From: Girardia tigrina
Taxonomy: Eukaryota
NCBI GenBank assembly: GCA_001938485.1
Contig: MQRK01254974.1
Coordinates: 1 to 58,220, forward strand
DNA: 58,220 nucleotides
Direction: 5' to 3'
The notes below the pieces were generated by a model. It saw nothing but the letters and a program-made list of their open reading frames with translations, made no database searches and had not been told where the DNA came from. The position numbers were made by a program, and so were the translations under genes. The first letter of the stretch is position 1; each line of letters begins with the position of its first letter. This document shows positions 24,715 through 36,499 of this stretch, piece by piece.

Positions 24715-25745
24715 AGGTGACCACTACAAAATTAAATAAACGATCCCAATAATTGAAGAACAAAGTCTTAAAATCTAATTAAATTTATATTTTATATTTT
24801 CCATTTAAGTTGCAGAATGATAAATTAGTGTTGAGATATGTCAGAAACTTTATTGTTATATGAATGAGTAGAGTTAGCACATCGAAATTTCGACAAAACG
24901 CTTTGAAAAGAACATAAAAAGTAAAAATTTTATGTGATAATATTTCTTTGCGGAAACTTATTGAAAACTTGTTTTAAATCTCCACGATCTCAAAAGTATC
25001 TTTTTCAAACGATTCTGACGTGACTCTGTAAAAGCAGGTTTTAGACACAACTTTCCAAACTTCCTGACATTACAGTTGAACAAGGTATTGAAACTTGGAT
25101 GATCGAATTTAAATTACCTTATGTTGCTGAGGCACAAGGCCCGTGCCAAACCATCGAAGACACCACCAAAAGTATCCCAGTTAAGTTTGATATCAAAACA
25201 TACTTTGGTAAAAACGTAACAATCTCTTTATTTGTAGATGGAAGTCTTTTCTAAATTCTAATTTTTCTAATATATTAGTTATTGTTTTAGACGACTCTCA
25301 TCCGTTTCGAAAGTTGAATTTTCTGATAAACCAAATATTTATCCTTTACTTTACTCAAGAAACTTATTTTAATCACTTTACTGGTGAGATGTTTCGACCC
25401 ATTAAATAATATTTAGAAGGCACAACGCAGAAGCGTCTAAATGATTAAACATTTTAACTATCGTTCGTTTATTTATTTATTTTATTCTAGAAATCATACA
25501 ACTCGGTGGAAATGATTTTCAAAGTGAAAACGTTATTGAGGGTAATTATTAAGTTAAATAATAATTATTTATATTTATTACCTTTTATAAATGTAAAAAA
25601 ATATATCTATAATGTCTTGTTTCAGAAATGTATAACGAAATTCTTGCAGTAAATGAATACGAATGACATTTTGTTATTAAAAACATTTTGGTATTTATTT
25701 TAACAGAGAATGTTCAATGACGTTTTCATGTTTGATTTCGAGTAA
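24715..25745 (+). pseudogene. Multi-exon host gene relic, product unknown
   Basis: GT-AG-bounded exons read TQLSKLPDITVEQG...SLFVDG, DSHPFRKLNFLINQIF..., IIQLGGNDFQSENVIE, MYNEILAV... and RMFNDVFMFDF, with in-frame TAA and TGA. Confidence 0.5.
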
Positions 25746-26121
25746 TTTATTAAAAAAATAATTTTTATAAATTCCTTAATCATTATTTATATGAATGAAA
25801 TATGAATCTTCAGATTTATTTTTTTCTCAATTGAAATCTTCTTTGAAGATCCAATTTTTAATGATAATCATTAATAGAAGATGCATAATATAATATAATT
25901 TTATTTATTATTTTCAAATCTATTTTCATTATATTAGAGTTAATTAAGAAGAGTGGAAGAATAAAGACTAAAAAATGAAAAATGAGACAATTGACAGATT
26001 ATTTAAAGGAATGGAGTATACTGAACATGTCATATCTGAGAAAATGGGCTACTGTAGTAGTCTTACTACTATATATATATATATACATATATATATACAT
26101 ATATATATATATGTATATATA

Positions 26122-27754
26122 CAGTCCGTCCCTAAAGGTTTGTCAAATACACAAATTACAAATTTTACAAAGAACGACAAATACTGTTAGAATAAGATAA
26201 ATAACATACAATGTAACTTTATTTTCTTTTTGTTGAATAAATATCCAAAACCGATGGATTGAAGTTATTTTTTATGAAACGGTAAAAATGTATTTTTTGT
26301 GATTTTTTAGTGTCCCATAAGGTTTGTCCAAATGCTCCTAAATACCGATAAAAGTTGTTACTCAACATATGTTGTTTATTATTAACGATTACGATTACAT
26401 AAGACATTAAGCAGGGCCTAATATTATATATTGCGTAATACATCGAACAGTAGACATGTAAATTTCGTCATACTAAATCTCCCCTTTCTCTATAACATTG
26501 ATCTTTCAGGTATCGAAAAAGCCAAATTTTGTAAGGTATTTGAATCAATTCCACTCCAAATCTTTAAAATACTATTTTTAAGATCAGATTTTGATGTATA
26601 TTGCTTGTTTGCTGCGTATAAACGACTAACGATGAGTGCCCATACATTTTCCATTGCATTTAAATCTGGAGACTTTGCTGCCCAATCCATAATGTCGATG
26701 TTATTTCTATTCAAAAATTCTTTGGTTTTAATTGCGCGATGAGGTGGCGCATTATCATGTTAATATAAGAAGTCTTCATTGGCACATGTAATTAAAGGTA
26801 CAATATGTTCCCCGAGGAGTTCTATGTATCGCGCTGAATTTAGAGTTCCTTCAATAACATCTATCATTTTCTCCCCAGTGCNNNNNNNNNNNNNNNNNNN
26901 NNNNNNNNNNNNNNNNNNNNNNNNNNNNNNNNNNNNNNNNNNNNNNNNNNNNNNNNNNNNNNNNNNNNNNNNNNNNNNNNNNNNNNNNNNNNNNNNNNNN
27001 NNNNNNNNNNNNNNNNNNNNNNNNNNNNATCTGGTCCATCTAAAGAAAATTTCTTTTCATCCGACCATATAATATTAAGCCAATTTGGAGGGTTCAAAAG
27101 AAGATTTTTACACATAGCCACCCGGTTCTTTTGTGTAATTTTGTTAAGTATATTTTCGGAGTAATATATGAATATTCAACATCTTCATTGTCATTCAAAA
27201 TTCGATGAACATGGCTCTTACTAATAGAAATACCAACGCTATTAGTCATTGAAGATGCAATTTTTCGNCAACTTTTAAAATCTGAATCTTTAGATGTAGT
27301 GGACATGTCGATAATTGTTCGTCGACTTCTCTCCGAGATTCTTCTAGGCCGTTCAGTTGGTTTTTTTCTATCATAATTATCCGGATTGTAAAGAAATCTG
27401 AAAATCGTCTTTCGACAGACAGATTTTTGAAAACGTTCATTAAATAATTTGTTTATTTCAGAGATGGAAGTTCTAGACTTCTCGAATTCCTCATATTTTA
27501 ATGTTAAAAACATTTTTTCTTCTTCCTGGAACTTGTTATATCGATTCATTCTAAAATGGACAAACCTTAAGGGACATAGCTATAAAAAAAACTCACTTCA
27601 AATACCAATAATTAAAATAATTTTTAAATATGTGCTTTAAAAGAATATATTTAAACAAATGAAAAGTGATACAAATAATAATTTCTTGAAAGATATTATT
27701 TTACTTTGAAATATTGAAAAATATTAAAGTGGACAAACCTTTAGGGACGGACTA
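26122..27754 (-). mobile_element. Tc1-like DNA transposon with IR/DR-type termini, transposase disrupted
   Basis: TIRs cagtccgtccctaaaggtttgtc and gacaaacctttagggacggact, TA-flanked. Inner repeats at 26311-26330 and 27557-27576. Motifs WSDEKKFSLDGPD, HDNAPPH and WAAKSPDLNAMENVW on the minus strand (27549-26490). Confidence 0.93.
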
Positions 27755-28237
27755 TATATATATCTCCACTTATTTTAGTTACATTAGAAAAATCTATAAG
27801 CTGATTTCCCATTGTTTTTCTGTGACGCATCCAACCGGATCACTAATCATTAGTCTGGTTTTCTGGTTTAGTCGAAACTGGTAATTCATTTTACATGGTA
27901 CTCTTGCCGACGAATTTCCATCAAACTACCGGCACCCAAACCACTTGCATTGCGAGTTCACCCGATAAATGTTTAGTAAGAGACTAAACAGGGAACTCTG
28001 CATTTGTACAAAAAATTCCATGTGACGATTTCGGTATCACTCATTGGTGCTCGACCAGAAAAATACTTATTGACATTGAATGATTTGACGATTCATTGTA
28101 TTCATAAATATCTGATGTCTATTGTGTTCCTAATAAACATTATTCATCTCTTCGTCTAGTTATTCCAATAACGTTAATGGAAGAAAAGATTATATTCAAT
28201 TTCTCCTTTCCATTACAGCTACAAATAAAGAGATGTG

Positions 28238-29572
28238 ACGAAGGCTTGTGCATTATTGTGTGCACACAACGCCTAACGGCTAAAGTCGAAAGGAAAGAAG
28301 ACGAAGAAATATATCTTTGAAAGATATTATTGTTCTTCATTAATTTATTCATGTATTTCTATTTTGTCTAAAAACGTTTTAGCATTTATAAAACATTTTA
28401 TGTTTTCAATTTTATAACTTATATGAAATTAATATTTGACACAAATAAAATTCTAAGTGATAGAGTGCAAAGTTATTATATGTCAAAGTGATAAAGAGTC
28501 AAGTGACGAATAATGTAATAATACTCAGACTCGACATCTGAGGAAAGGAAGAGCTCTCTGAGACTCCTGGTACATCAAGTTTGCAGCTGCAAATGAAACA
28601 AAACTACTTTCAAATACGTAAAGATACATTTTGTAATTACAAGACAGAAATTTCAATCTTGTGAAAATAAGATTTTTGTTTTAAAATTTGTTTAATGTCG
28701 TTATTATTTAAATATATTGAAATCATCTTTCACCTGTACAAAACAAAAACTTTTCCATCGGAATTTATCATTACGACCCACGAAAGAATTTGAATTACAA
28801 CATATGCAATAAATCTATTTTTAATTGTAACTTTATAAACATTTCTAGATTCATGATTGATTGTCAATAAACCATGCAGGGGTCGAGGTCGTATTGATGC
28901 ATTGCTTATTAACATTCACTTTAATACAATTAAATTTTTTTGCAATCTAAAATAGAAAAACAAATAGATATAAACATGTAAGAAATCGACTTGTGTCTAT
29001 TTAATCAACCCTAAAGCGACTTGATTAATAAGTTTTAAGTATTTTTAGGATTGCATATTTGAATTTTTAAGAGGAATCGAATCTCGTCCTTTGAGTTTTG
29101 TTTGTCATTTTCACATGTCTCATGCGTTTTTAAAGCAGTCCCTATAAAAGTGACTTTATGCTTCATTAGTTGGAAAACAAAGCAAATTCTTTATCTCGTG
29201 TCTTCAGTCATTGCCACACCAATAAGCCTACAACCTTCTGTTACTACCAGCCGGATATTGTTTGTTGATCATGAACATGTCTCATATATAGTGTTTCTGT
29301 GTACTTAATAGCAAACAAGCATAGAGAATTTGACTCTTTCAGTTCTTTGAAAGCAATATTTGCTAAGTTGGAAAAAATTCAAATTAAATATTAATAAACC
29401 CCAGGAGTCTGGTCTTCTGTATAAGCTAAATGATTTTAGCATGCAAGTAGACCAATTATTTCATAACACCGATTTCCTCACTTATTATATGTAAATGGTG
29501 TAGTTACATGTTCGACGATAGCAGTTATCAGTCAAGATTTTCGTGATCATCGGGTTTTAAATACAAAGATGA
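28238..29572. repeat. Segmental duplication, copy B (of 8590-9932), ending at the R2/NeSL-like fragment
   Basis: Colinear with copy A. Similarity stops at ...caaagatgat (about 29572), where LINE sequence begins. Confidence 0.92.
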
Positions 29573-31110
29573 TGCACCTCGATGGAGCAAAAATAATGCG
29601 GAATCTGTTGGCACTTCATCACTGCATCCTATAATTTGAAAACAAGGAGAAAGCGACTGTATCATGTACTTATCCCATATAGATTTCCTGCTCACCCCTC
29701 CATTTTCTTTCAGGGTGTACACATATGTATTGGATGCATTCTTTGGAAGTTCAAGGACTTTCTTCTGAAACAGCCTAACAATGTTGTCTAGGCTGTGTCT
29801 GGTTCCATCCAGAGTACTATATGGGAGGAATAAGATACGGAATATGAAGATGAGTTTGGAGGGTAGATACACCAGATACGCCTGCAACTTCTGCCAAGGG
29901 AACAGGATTGATGTCGCTATTGTCTCTGTGTCTTTGAATATTGTTGCAAACGTTTCCGTTGGTGTGACCTAGATGTTATTAGAAAAGTGTCCCTCAAGGT
30001 ACACTACAAATTCACCCTCACTTATCTCGGAAATTTTCTTTATATAGATTTCAATATCTTGATTTGCTTTATGGGGAAGTACAATATGCGCACTTGCTGG
30101 GTCTGAATTTGATGCCTAAAACGTCTCTTAGTTCCACAGCTTTGTCAACAAGTGTTTGCATAAATTATTTAGTGCTAGCAAGAAGCACAAGATCATCAGC
30201 ATACGCTAAGCAACTAACCTTGTTATTGGCAATCATTAATCCTCCCTGTCTCCATCCATCCAATCCAATCAAAACACGGTAAATTGCTATGTTAAACAGC
30301 AACTTAGAGAGAGGACATCCCAGTCGAATTTCAACAAGGATGGGGATCTGATCCGTCACTGTGTTGCCACATTTGTAAGCTAATGAGCATTCCTTAAAGA
30401 ACATTCTGAAATGATTACATAATCTTTCTCCTACACCCATTCTGCGCCAGAGGCACAATACTGCATCCATCGACACAGAACTAAATGCATCTGATGCATC
30501 TAGCATCGTTGCATGGAACGGCATGTACATTTCGTTTTAGTATCTGTCTTGGATCGCTCTAATGAGAGAGTTGTGCTCCGCACAACCATCATACGGTCCC
30601 AGAATTTTCTGCAATGGGTGCAGAAGATCATGCTCTTTGATTCAACTTTGGTCGCTCACGAGTACCGCAAGTATCTTATACGCGCATTCCAAAAGGGGAT
30701 TAGTCGTCACGATGCAACCTCTCAATATTGCCACCGTTTACCTGGTTTTGGTAGCCGAACTGTAAAGAATTGTTTCCAGCTCTCGGGGACAATGTAGGAT
30801 TCTATGATTCTATTGTATAGCGTTGTAAAAATAACTCCCACTGGATCACAATATAACAATGTTACATTATATGTTACATTCGAATATCCCGTGGCTGAGC
30901 TATTTGCTTTCTCTAATACCGCTATCACTTCACCCGTCTGGATTTCTACGAAATCGAAAGAGCTGCCGAACTTGACTTCTAGGTCCTCTACTTGTCGGTC
31001 CATCACTGGCGAAATGGATTTAGTAGAAAAGTGATTCATAATATATTCGGTAGATGGTGCGGTATCTGCAATTGTTCTATCCAGAAGAGTTTGTATGACT
31101 TTTTTCGGAG
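29573..31110 (-). mobile_element. RLE-type (R2/NeSL/Utopia-like) non-LTR retrotransposon RT fragment
   Basis: VPESWK...LPKPG, LDASDAFSSVS, IRLGCPLSKLLFNIAI and CLAYADDLVLLA, with frameshifts. Confidence 0.8.
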
Positions 31111-32249
31111 TATTCGTGCAGAAAGGGCGATAAAAAATTTATATTATTCCACTATACCACACTGAAACAAAATTGAAACTACGATTTCTATTGACAAATT
31201 TGTGACTTTGTCGACCTACATTTGTTTTCTCTTAGTATAAAGCTTGTCCTTTGGCTTCTTTAAATATTGTCACTCACACTAATTTATTTTGTTAAATGTT
31301 ATTGATTGAAATTTTGTTATTCACTGATAAAAAATATCGTTTTTACTGTAAATAATTTTAGTTTTTTCGATTGGTAGGTGACGTATTTTTAGAATTGGCT
31401 AGTTTCATTCATGTTTTTATAATATTTAAGTAAAAACTCATTAACTAGTACTATGGGAATATAAAGGTACAAAAAGTCATATCCGTTATATATATATATA
31501 TATATATATNNNNNNNNNNNNNNNNNNNNNNNNNNNNNNNNNNNNNNNNNNNNNNNNNNNNNNNNNNNNNNNNNNNNNNNNNNNNNNNNNNNNNNNNNNN
31601 NNNNNNNNNNNNNNNNNNNNNNNNNNNNNNNNTATTCAGCATCATTCAGCTGTTCCTCTGTCCAATGTATATAGTGATGGATCTCGCCTTCCAATTGTAA
31701 GACATGAATGGAGACTTATCAGTATTAGTAATTAATTCATTTTTCTTCTCTAATTACTCAAAATAATATTAATTTTGGGTAAAAATAAAATCTTTATTAT
31801 GTACTAAAATTTATTTTAAGAAATACTAAACGAATAAAGAGCAACTAAAATCATTATATAGAAAGAAACAAATTAGTCTTACAACTTTAGAACTAATCAA
31901 ATGTAACTTACAGTGGATCCATTGTACTTGAAGAATGAGTTTGTCAAAGCGTTGGTTGAATTAGAAGACAGTGGATCTGCAAGTAATAAGCTTAGCCGAA
32001 GAGGTTCGAATGAATTTAATACTCTCATTTAAAAATGTAATAAGTATAAAGAATCTTGTGATGATCTTTGATTTTCATAATGTGGAGGAGCGGAATCAGA
32101 TGCGAAGTCAACTGACGGGAGAATGTGGAGTACGGTAGAGGTTGAAGGTGTTCGTTTATAGCTGTTGTGGGAGCATTGGTTAAGGAGATGAATGATAATT
32201 ATTGGCGTAAGATTGGAGAACCGAGACTTTCAGAATCAGGACTTTGATT

Positions 32250-32720
32250 AAGAGGTGTGTTTTGGACCGGTAAGGAAATGCCCATGTGCGTTTTTTTTAT
32301 TAAATATTCGTTGGAACAAGAAGTTTAGGAAAATCTATGTGTTTGTTATGAAAAAGATGCATCCGCCGTTCATTAGCGGTATCGAAACTATGCAGATGTT
32401 TAGAGTACAACTATTAGAATTTAATAATATTGACATAGATTTATTGAAAAATGCTCATACCGATGACGAGCGGACAAGTTTAACCCTGGCGTGGTACAAG
32501 AATCACAAACTGAAAGCTCTTAAAATTTTAGCTTTTGAATGATTTTAGAGTTTCTTGTTTGCGTGGCACTGTTTGAATAACTTTCTCGTTTATAATATGG
32601 CATGTTCAACTGAACCATGACTTTACAAAGAATAGATAGCGTATCTCTTGACAACAGAAAATGCGCTCCGAGAAAAATGTTACAGTGTCAAAGTGGTCTA
32701 CAGAAACGTTTGAAAGAAAT
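32250..32720 (+). mobile_element. Possible hAT (Charlie/Buster-like) C-terminal fragment
   Basis: Degenerate QLLEF...AWYK...LKILA followed by a dimerisation-domain-like stretch. Weak match. Confidence 0.3.
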
Positions 32721-33211
32721 TCTTGTTCAGCCTAAAAATTCATATGCTGAAATTGAATGTTCAATCTGTGAATATTTAATCAAATGGAAGTATCTTGAAG
32801 TCTCTCAAGAAGCTCATCTAGACCCGTCAAAACTTCAAAATTTAATGAGCACCGACATCATTTTCAAAGAAAACATTAAAGGATAGCTTTTATTTAATAT
32901 TTCAGCAAAAAAACACTGAAATACTTGCTGAAAATGACTAAGAGAAATATTTTCGAAATGTATTTTGAATGTGTTTTATTACAAGATAAAAGAGAATAAA
33001 CAAGCAAATAAGGAAAAAAGCAAAAATAAATAAAAGAATAAAAAAATAACAAGAAAACTATTTAGTCGAAATACGACTATTAAGTCGAGAAAATTGAAAA
33101 ACAGGCCAATATCCTGAATATGAACAGCAATTGATTTTTTTCGAAAAATAAGGCTAAATATTTGTGTAGTCCGGTGAGTCTCTCAGTTCAATCCTACTCT
33201 AGATAACTTAA

Positions 33212-33755
33212 TTGTCGTGATCATATTTGGTCGAAAACCCCGCTCATTCGTTGGTGCGTCCTTTGTAAGTCGGTCGGTTCTCTCAAGTGCACCCTGACCG
33301 TGGGGCCACGTCGGCCCACTCGTCATTTCAGTCATTTTTTATCATTTCCGGGACGACTACTAAGCGGGATCTTCGACCAGAAATGATCGCGACAATTTGA
33401 AAATTAATAATTTTTAATAAACAAACATCATTATTCCTTCTGTACATAAATGACATTTTATCATCAACCCAAAAGTCGTTCTCGTTCCGGATTTTGGCTG
33501 ACCTTTGATCACATCATCTTAACTTAATCCTTCATGTCAGCAGACTTTCCGAAACCTGACGGAAATGAAATGCTGGCTGATGTGGCCCTATGATCAGGGT
33601 ACGATTGAGAGAACCGGCCGACTTTCAGAGGACGAGCCGACGACTGAGTGGGGTCTTCGACAAGAAATGATCGATTAAATAAAATTCTGTAAATAAAATT
33701 TCATTTATGTACAGAAGGAATAATGATGTTTCTTAATTTATTAATTTTCAAATTT
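33212..33755. repeat. Nested inverted repeats (MITE/foldback-like)
   Basis: 33212-33244 is inverted to 33363-33395; about 33218-33328 is inverted to 33568-33673; about 33394-33452 is inverted to 33701-33755. Confidence 0.75.
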
Positions 33756-35600
33756 ACACTTGTTTTGTAACACTTTTTGCGTTTATATTCGCTATTTTCA
33801 TTAATTATTATGACAAAATTTTTTAAAAGTTTTTTATTTTAGTTTCAATTATTGGAGCACCACAATGTGCTGTATTGATTTTGTAGTAGAAAAAAATGAA
33901 ATTTTGAAAAATTAGTCTTTCTTTTGATTAAATAAAAATGGTATAATTTCATAGTGAAATGTCCCGATGGACAAATTCTGAGTTTTCGAATCTGACTAAC
34001 TGAGTGTTGGATACTCAAAATTTAAAAGATTATGAAACAGATGAAAGAAACAAGGTAGAGTTGTTGAAGAAGCAAATAGAGTACCTGGAGAAAGATTATT
34101 CAAGTCGGACTACTCGCTGGAATAGATGATCAATCAGATCGATCACGTAGGCAAGGTAGGGGTTGAAAAAGCGGGAAATAGGTAGGAGTTCGAGGGGACA
34201 CACGACAAAAAGGATAAGAGAATCGATAAAATGAGTGTTTTTGGTGAGAATCAATTATGCTCCCCCGACGAACCAAGAATATATCAACAGCACTACACTG
34301 CTTGTGATCTGTCGCAACAACTACCATGACCCAACTTTTTTATGAATATGGAATTTTTCTGGGTTGATTCTTAAACCTACTTTTTCAGTTTTATCAAATT
34401 ATTTATTTAAAATCTCATTACATTGTTCCAACGACTTTGAAAAAAAATGAGGACGTCATCTACGTACACTATCGTACGCTCTATATTTGCGAGGGCTTTT
34501 GTAAAGAGTTCCTGAAATATATATGGTTCTGTCGCTTCATTATGATATTCTGTTTCTAAGGAGTTAGTTTAAACTTGCACGTCGCCAAAACAATTTATTA
34601 TTTTTTAAATTTGAAAGTTTTAAAAAATTAAATAAAAAAACATTTTAAAATTAAAAATGATCTTCAAAAGAATACCAACAAAAATTAAATACTTATATAA
34701 AAATAAAACATGTTTACTGTCATAAGAATCGATTTATTGTAATAAAAGTTTTGAAATGCGAAATTGTAAAATAAATAATAAACGGATTAAAATTTATAAT
34801 ATTTTTAAGAAATAATTTTTTAAAATAAAAGGTTTATGGTAAATTTAATATTTTGCTCCTTTGCTTTTATGTGAGTTAGTTTAGCTGATGGAATTCCAAT
34901 AATTTCTGTAGAACTGGAGCGTGTTGATGATTCAATGTTAATATAATATTTCCTCCTTTAATCGAAATTTTCCTTTCGCATCCACCTATTTGGCACTGTC
35001 ATTCATTTGATGTTATTTTCTTGAAATAATTTTACATTCTCGACTGTTTCGTAGACGTTTTATGGGCTACTAAAAAGCATATATTATAAAATGAGACTAC
35101 ATAAAAATATTTATTTTAAGTTTACTTACATGTTTTACTTAATCGCTAAGTTTTACAAAGCTGAAAATTTATGATAAATTAATAAATATTTTGCTAATTG
35201 TTATAAATATTTTTTTAAATTTGTTTTAACAAAAACTCAATAAATTGAAATGAAAAAACAAAAAAACAATTTTGGTATTATTTTTTTAGCATCAACATTG
35301 AAAAAACCACAGTTTGATACTTTCTTATACACTTACTAAAAATTTTTTTAATATAAAAATTTGAATGATAAATTTATGAACAATTTAAAATGAGAAATCT
35401 GATGCAAAACCCGATTCAATTACCTGGGTATTTGAATACTTGAAAAGTGTGCAAATTTTCATGTACTCGGATACCCGGGTACCCAAATCGGAAACACTAA
35501 TGCCTAGTGCTTTCCAAGCATATCTTAATAAGAGAAATTACTGTTGTCGTAATTAAATTTTTTTTCATTTTGTGTTTAAAAGCGGTTTGTACTGCCCGTA

Positions 35601-36209
35601 TTAAGTGACTTTTATGTTACCTGATGGTGCAAGAGCGGGCGCAGCGATTTTGTGGCTGCGGCACGCCAGCGACGGGGAGCGAACATCTGGTCGGGGGGTC
35701 ACATTTAAAATTTTCACCTCGAGACTCGGATTGATGATGATCGTATCGACTCTCCGTTTGACGACCGCACATTGACGAATCGCGTCATCGATTTCCCGCG
35801 AGTTATTCGATCGATTTTCTGCGAATTCAATTTCGACTCTCTGTTTCTGTTTTAAATCGATTAAAACTGGATCGGGAAAAAAAAGCGATCCTTGGATGAG
35901 TCTATCGACGATAATCGACTCCCATAGAAAGCGAAATGCGAACAAACAACCGATCGGTTGTCGGAGATCGGTGCGACAACACAACCAACCGCAATCGATT
36001 AATTCTCTCACAATTGCGTTATCGATTTCGGAATTTTTGATGCAATTAATCGAACAAAAAAGAACTTTCAAAGTCGATAACAAATAATCGGAATTGTTTT
36101 TGGAAATCTCTTTCCATTTGGTCAAAGAAATTGGGTGGAAGTTCAAATGATCGAAAAGTTTCACGAGAATGGAAAAAATTTTTGAAAGAAATTCATTGTT
36201 ATTATTCAT
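35601..36209 (-). CDS. 202-aa ORF; N-terminal about 160 aa resemble TEDC1 (tubulin epsilon/delta complex 1), C-terminal about 40 aa probably read through antisense hAT sequence
   Basis: ATG-initiated with coding-like composition. ISLTKWKEISKN...LKVLF...IVRELIDCGW...CLFAFRFLW resembles TEDC1 SPEIFRRAKFD...LWQLLF...LVKSALCSQGY...LLLALSWLL, judged by eye. Confidence 0.4.
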   Translation of the reverse strand: MNNNNEFLSKIFSILVKLFDHLNFHPISLTKWKEISKNNSDYLLSTLKVLFCSINCIKNSEIDNAIVRELIDCGWLCCRTDLRQPIGCLFAFRFLWESIIVDRLIQGSLFFPDPVLIDLKQKQRVEIEFAENRSNNSREIDDAIRQCAVVKRRVDTIIINPSLEVKILNVTPRPDVRSPSLACRSHKIAAPALAPSGNIKVT

Positions 36210-36499
36210 TTAACAAAAAAATGTAACGCCGCAATATTTATTTTTTCAAAAACGTTATAAACAATTGTTTTGCCTAATTACAATTTTCAAATTGATTCGA
36301 ATAAACAAACGATAATTAATATAAAGAGTTCGAATCAATCACACCAATCTCACAATAATTTCTCATAACACATCAGCACAAAAGCTTCACATCCAAAACA
36401 ATATTTAAATTTTAATTAATTTTCTTTTTGTTAACTTCATAAAAGTCAAAATATTTTTTTTGAAAACGAAATTCAATATAAAATTTTGAAAACGGTGTT

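Noticed and set aside
24715-25745. In-frame stops in gene-like exons as a sign of an alternative genetic code
   Set aside because: TAA and TGA both occur here, and similar relics elsewhere in the window also carry TAG and frameshifts, which indicates pseudogene decay.
31389-31694. ORFs spanning N-gaps and TA microsatellites (also 5632-5929, 20559-20759, 25975-26200)
   Set aside because: Artefacts of assembly gaps and low-complexity sequence.
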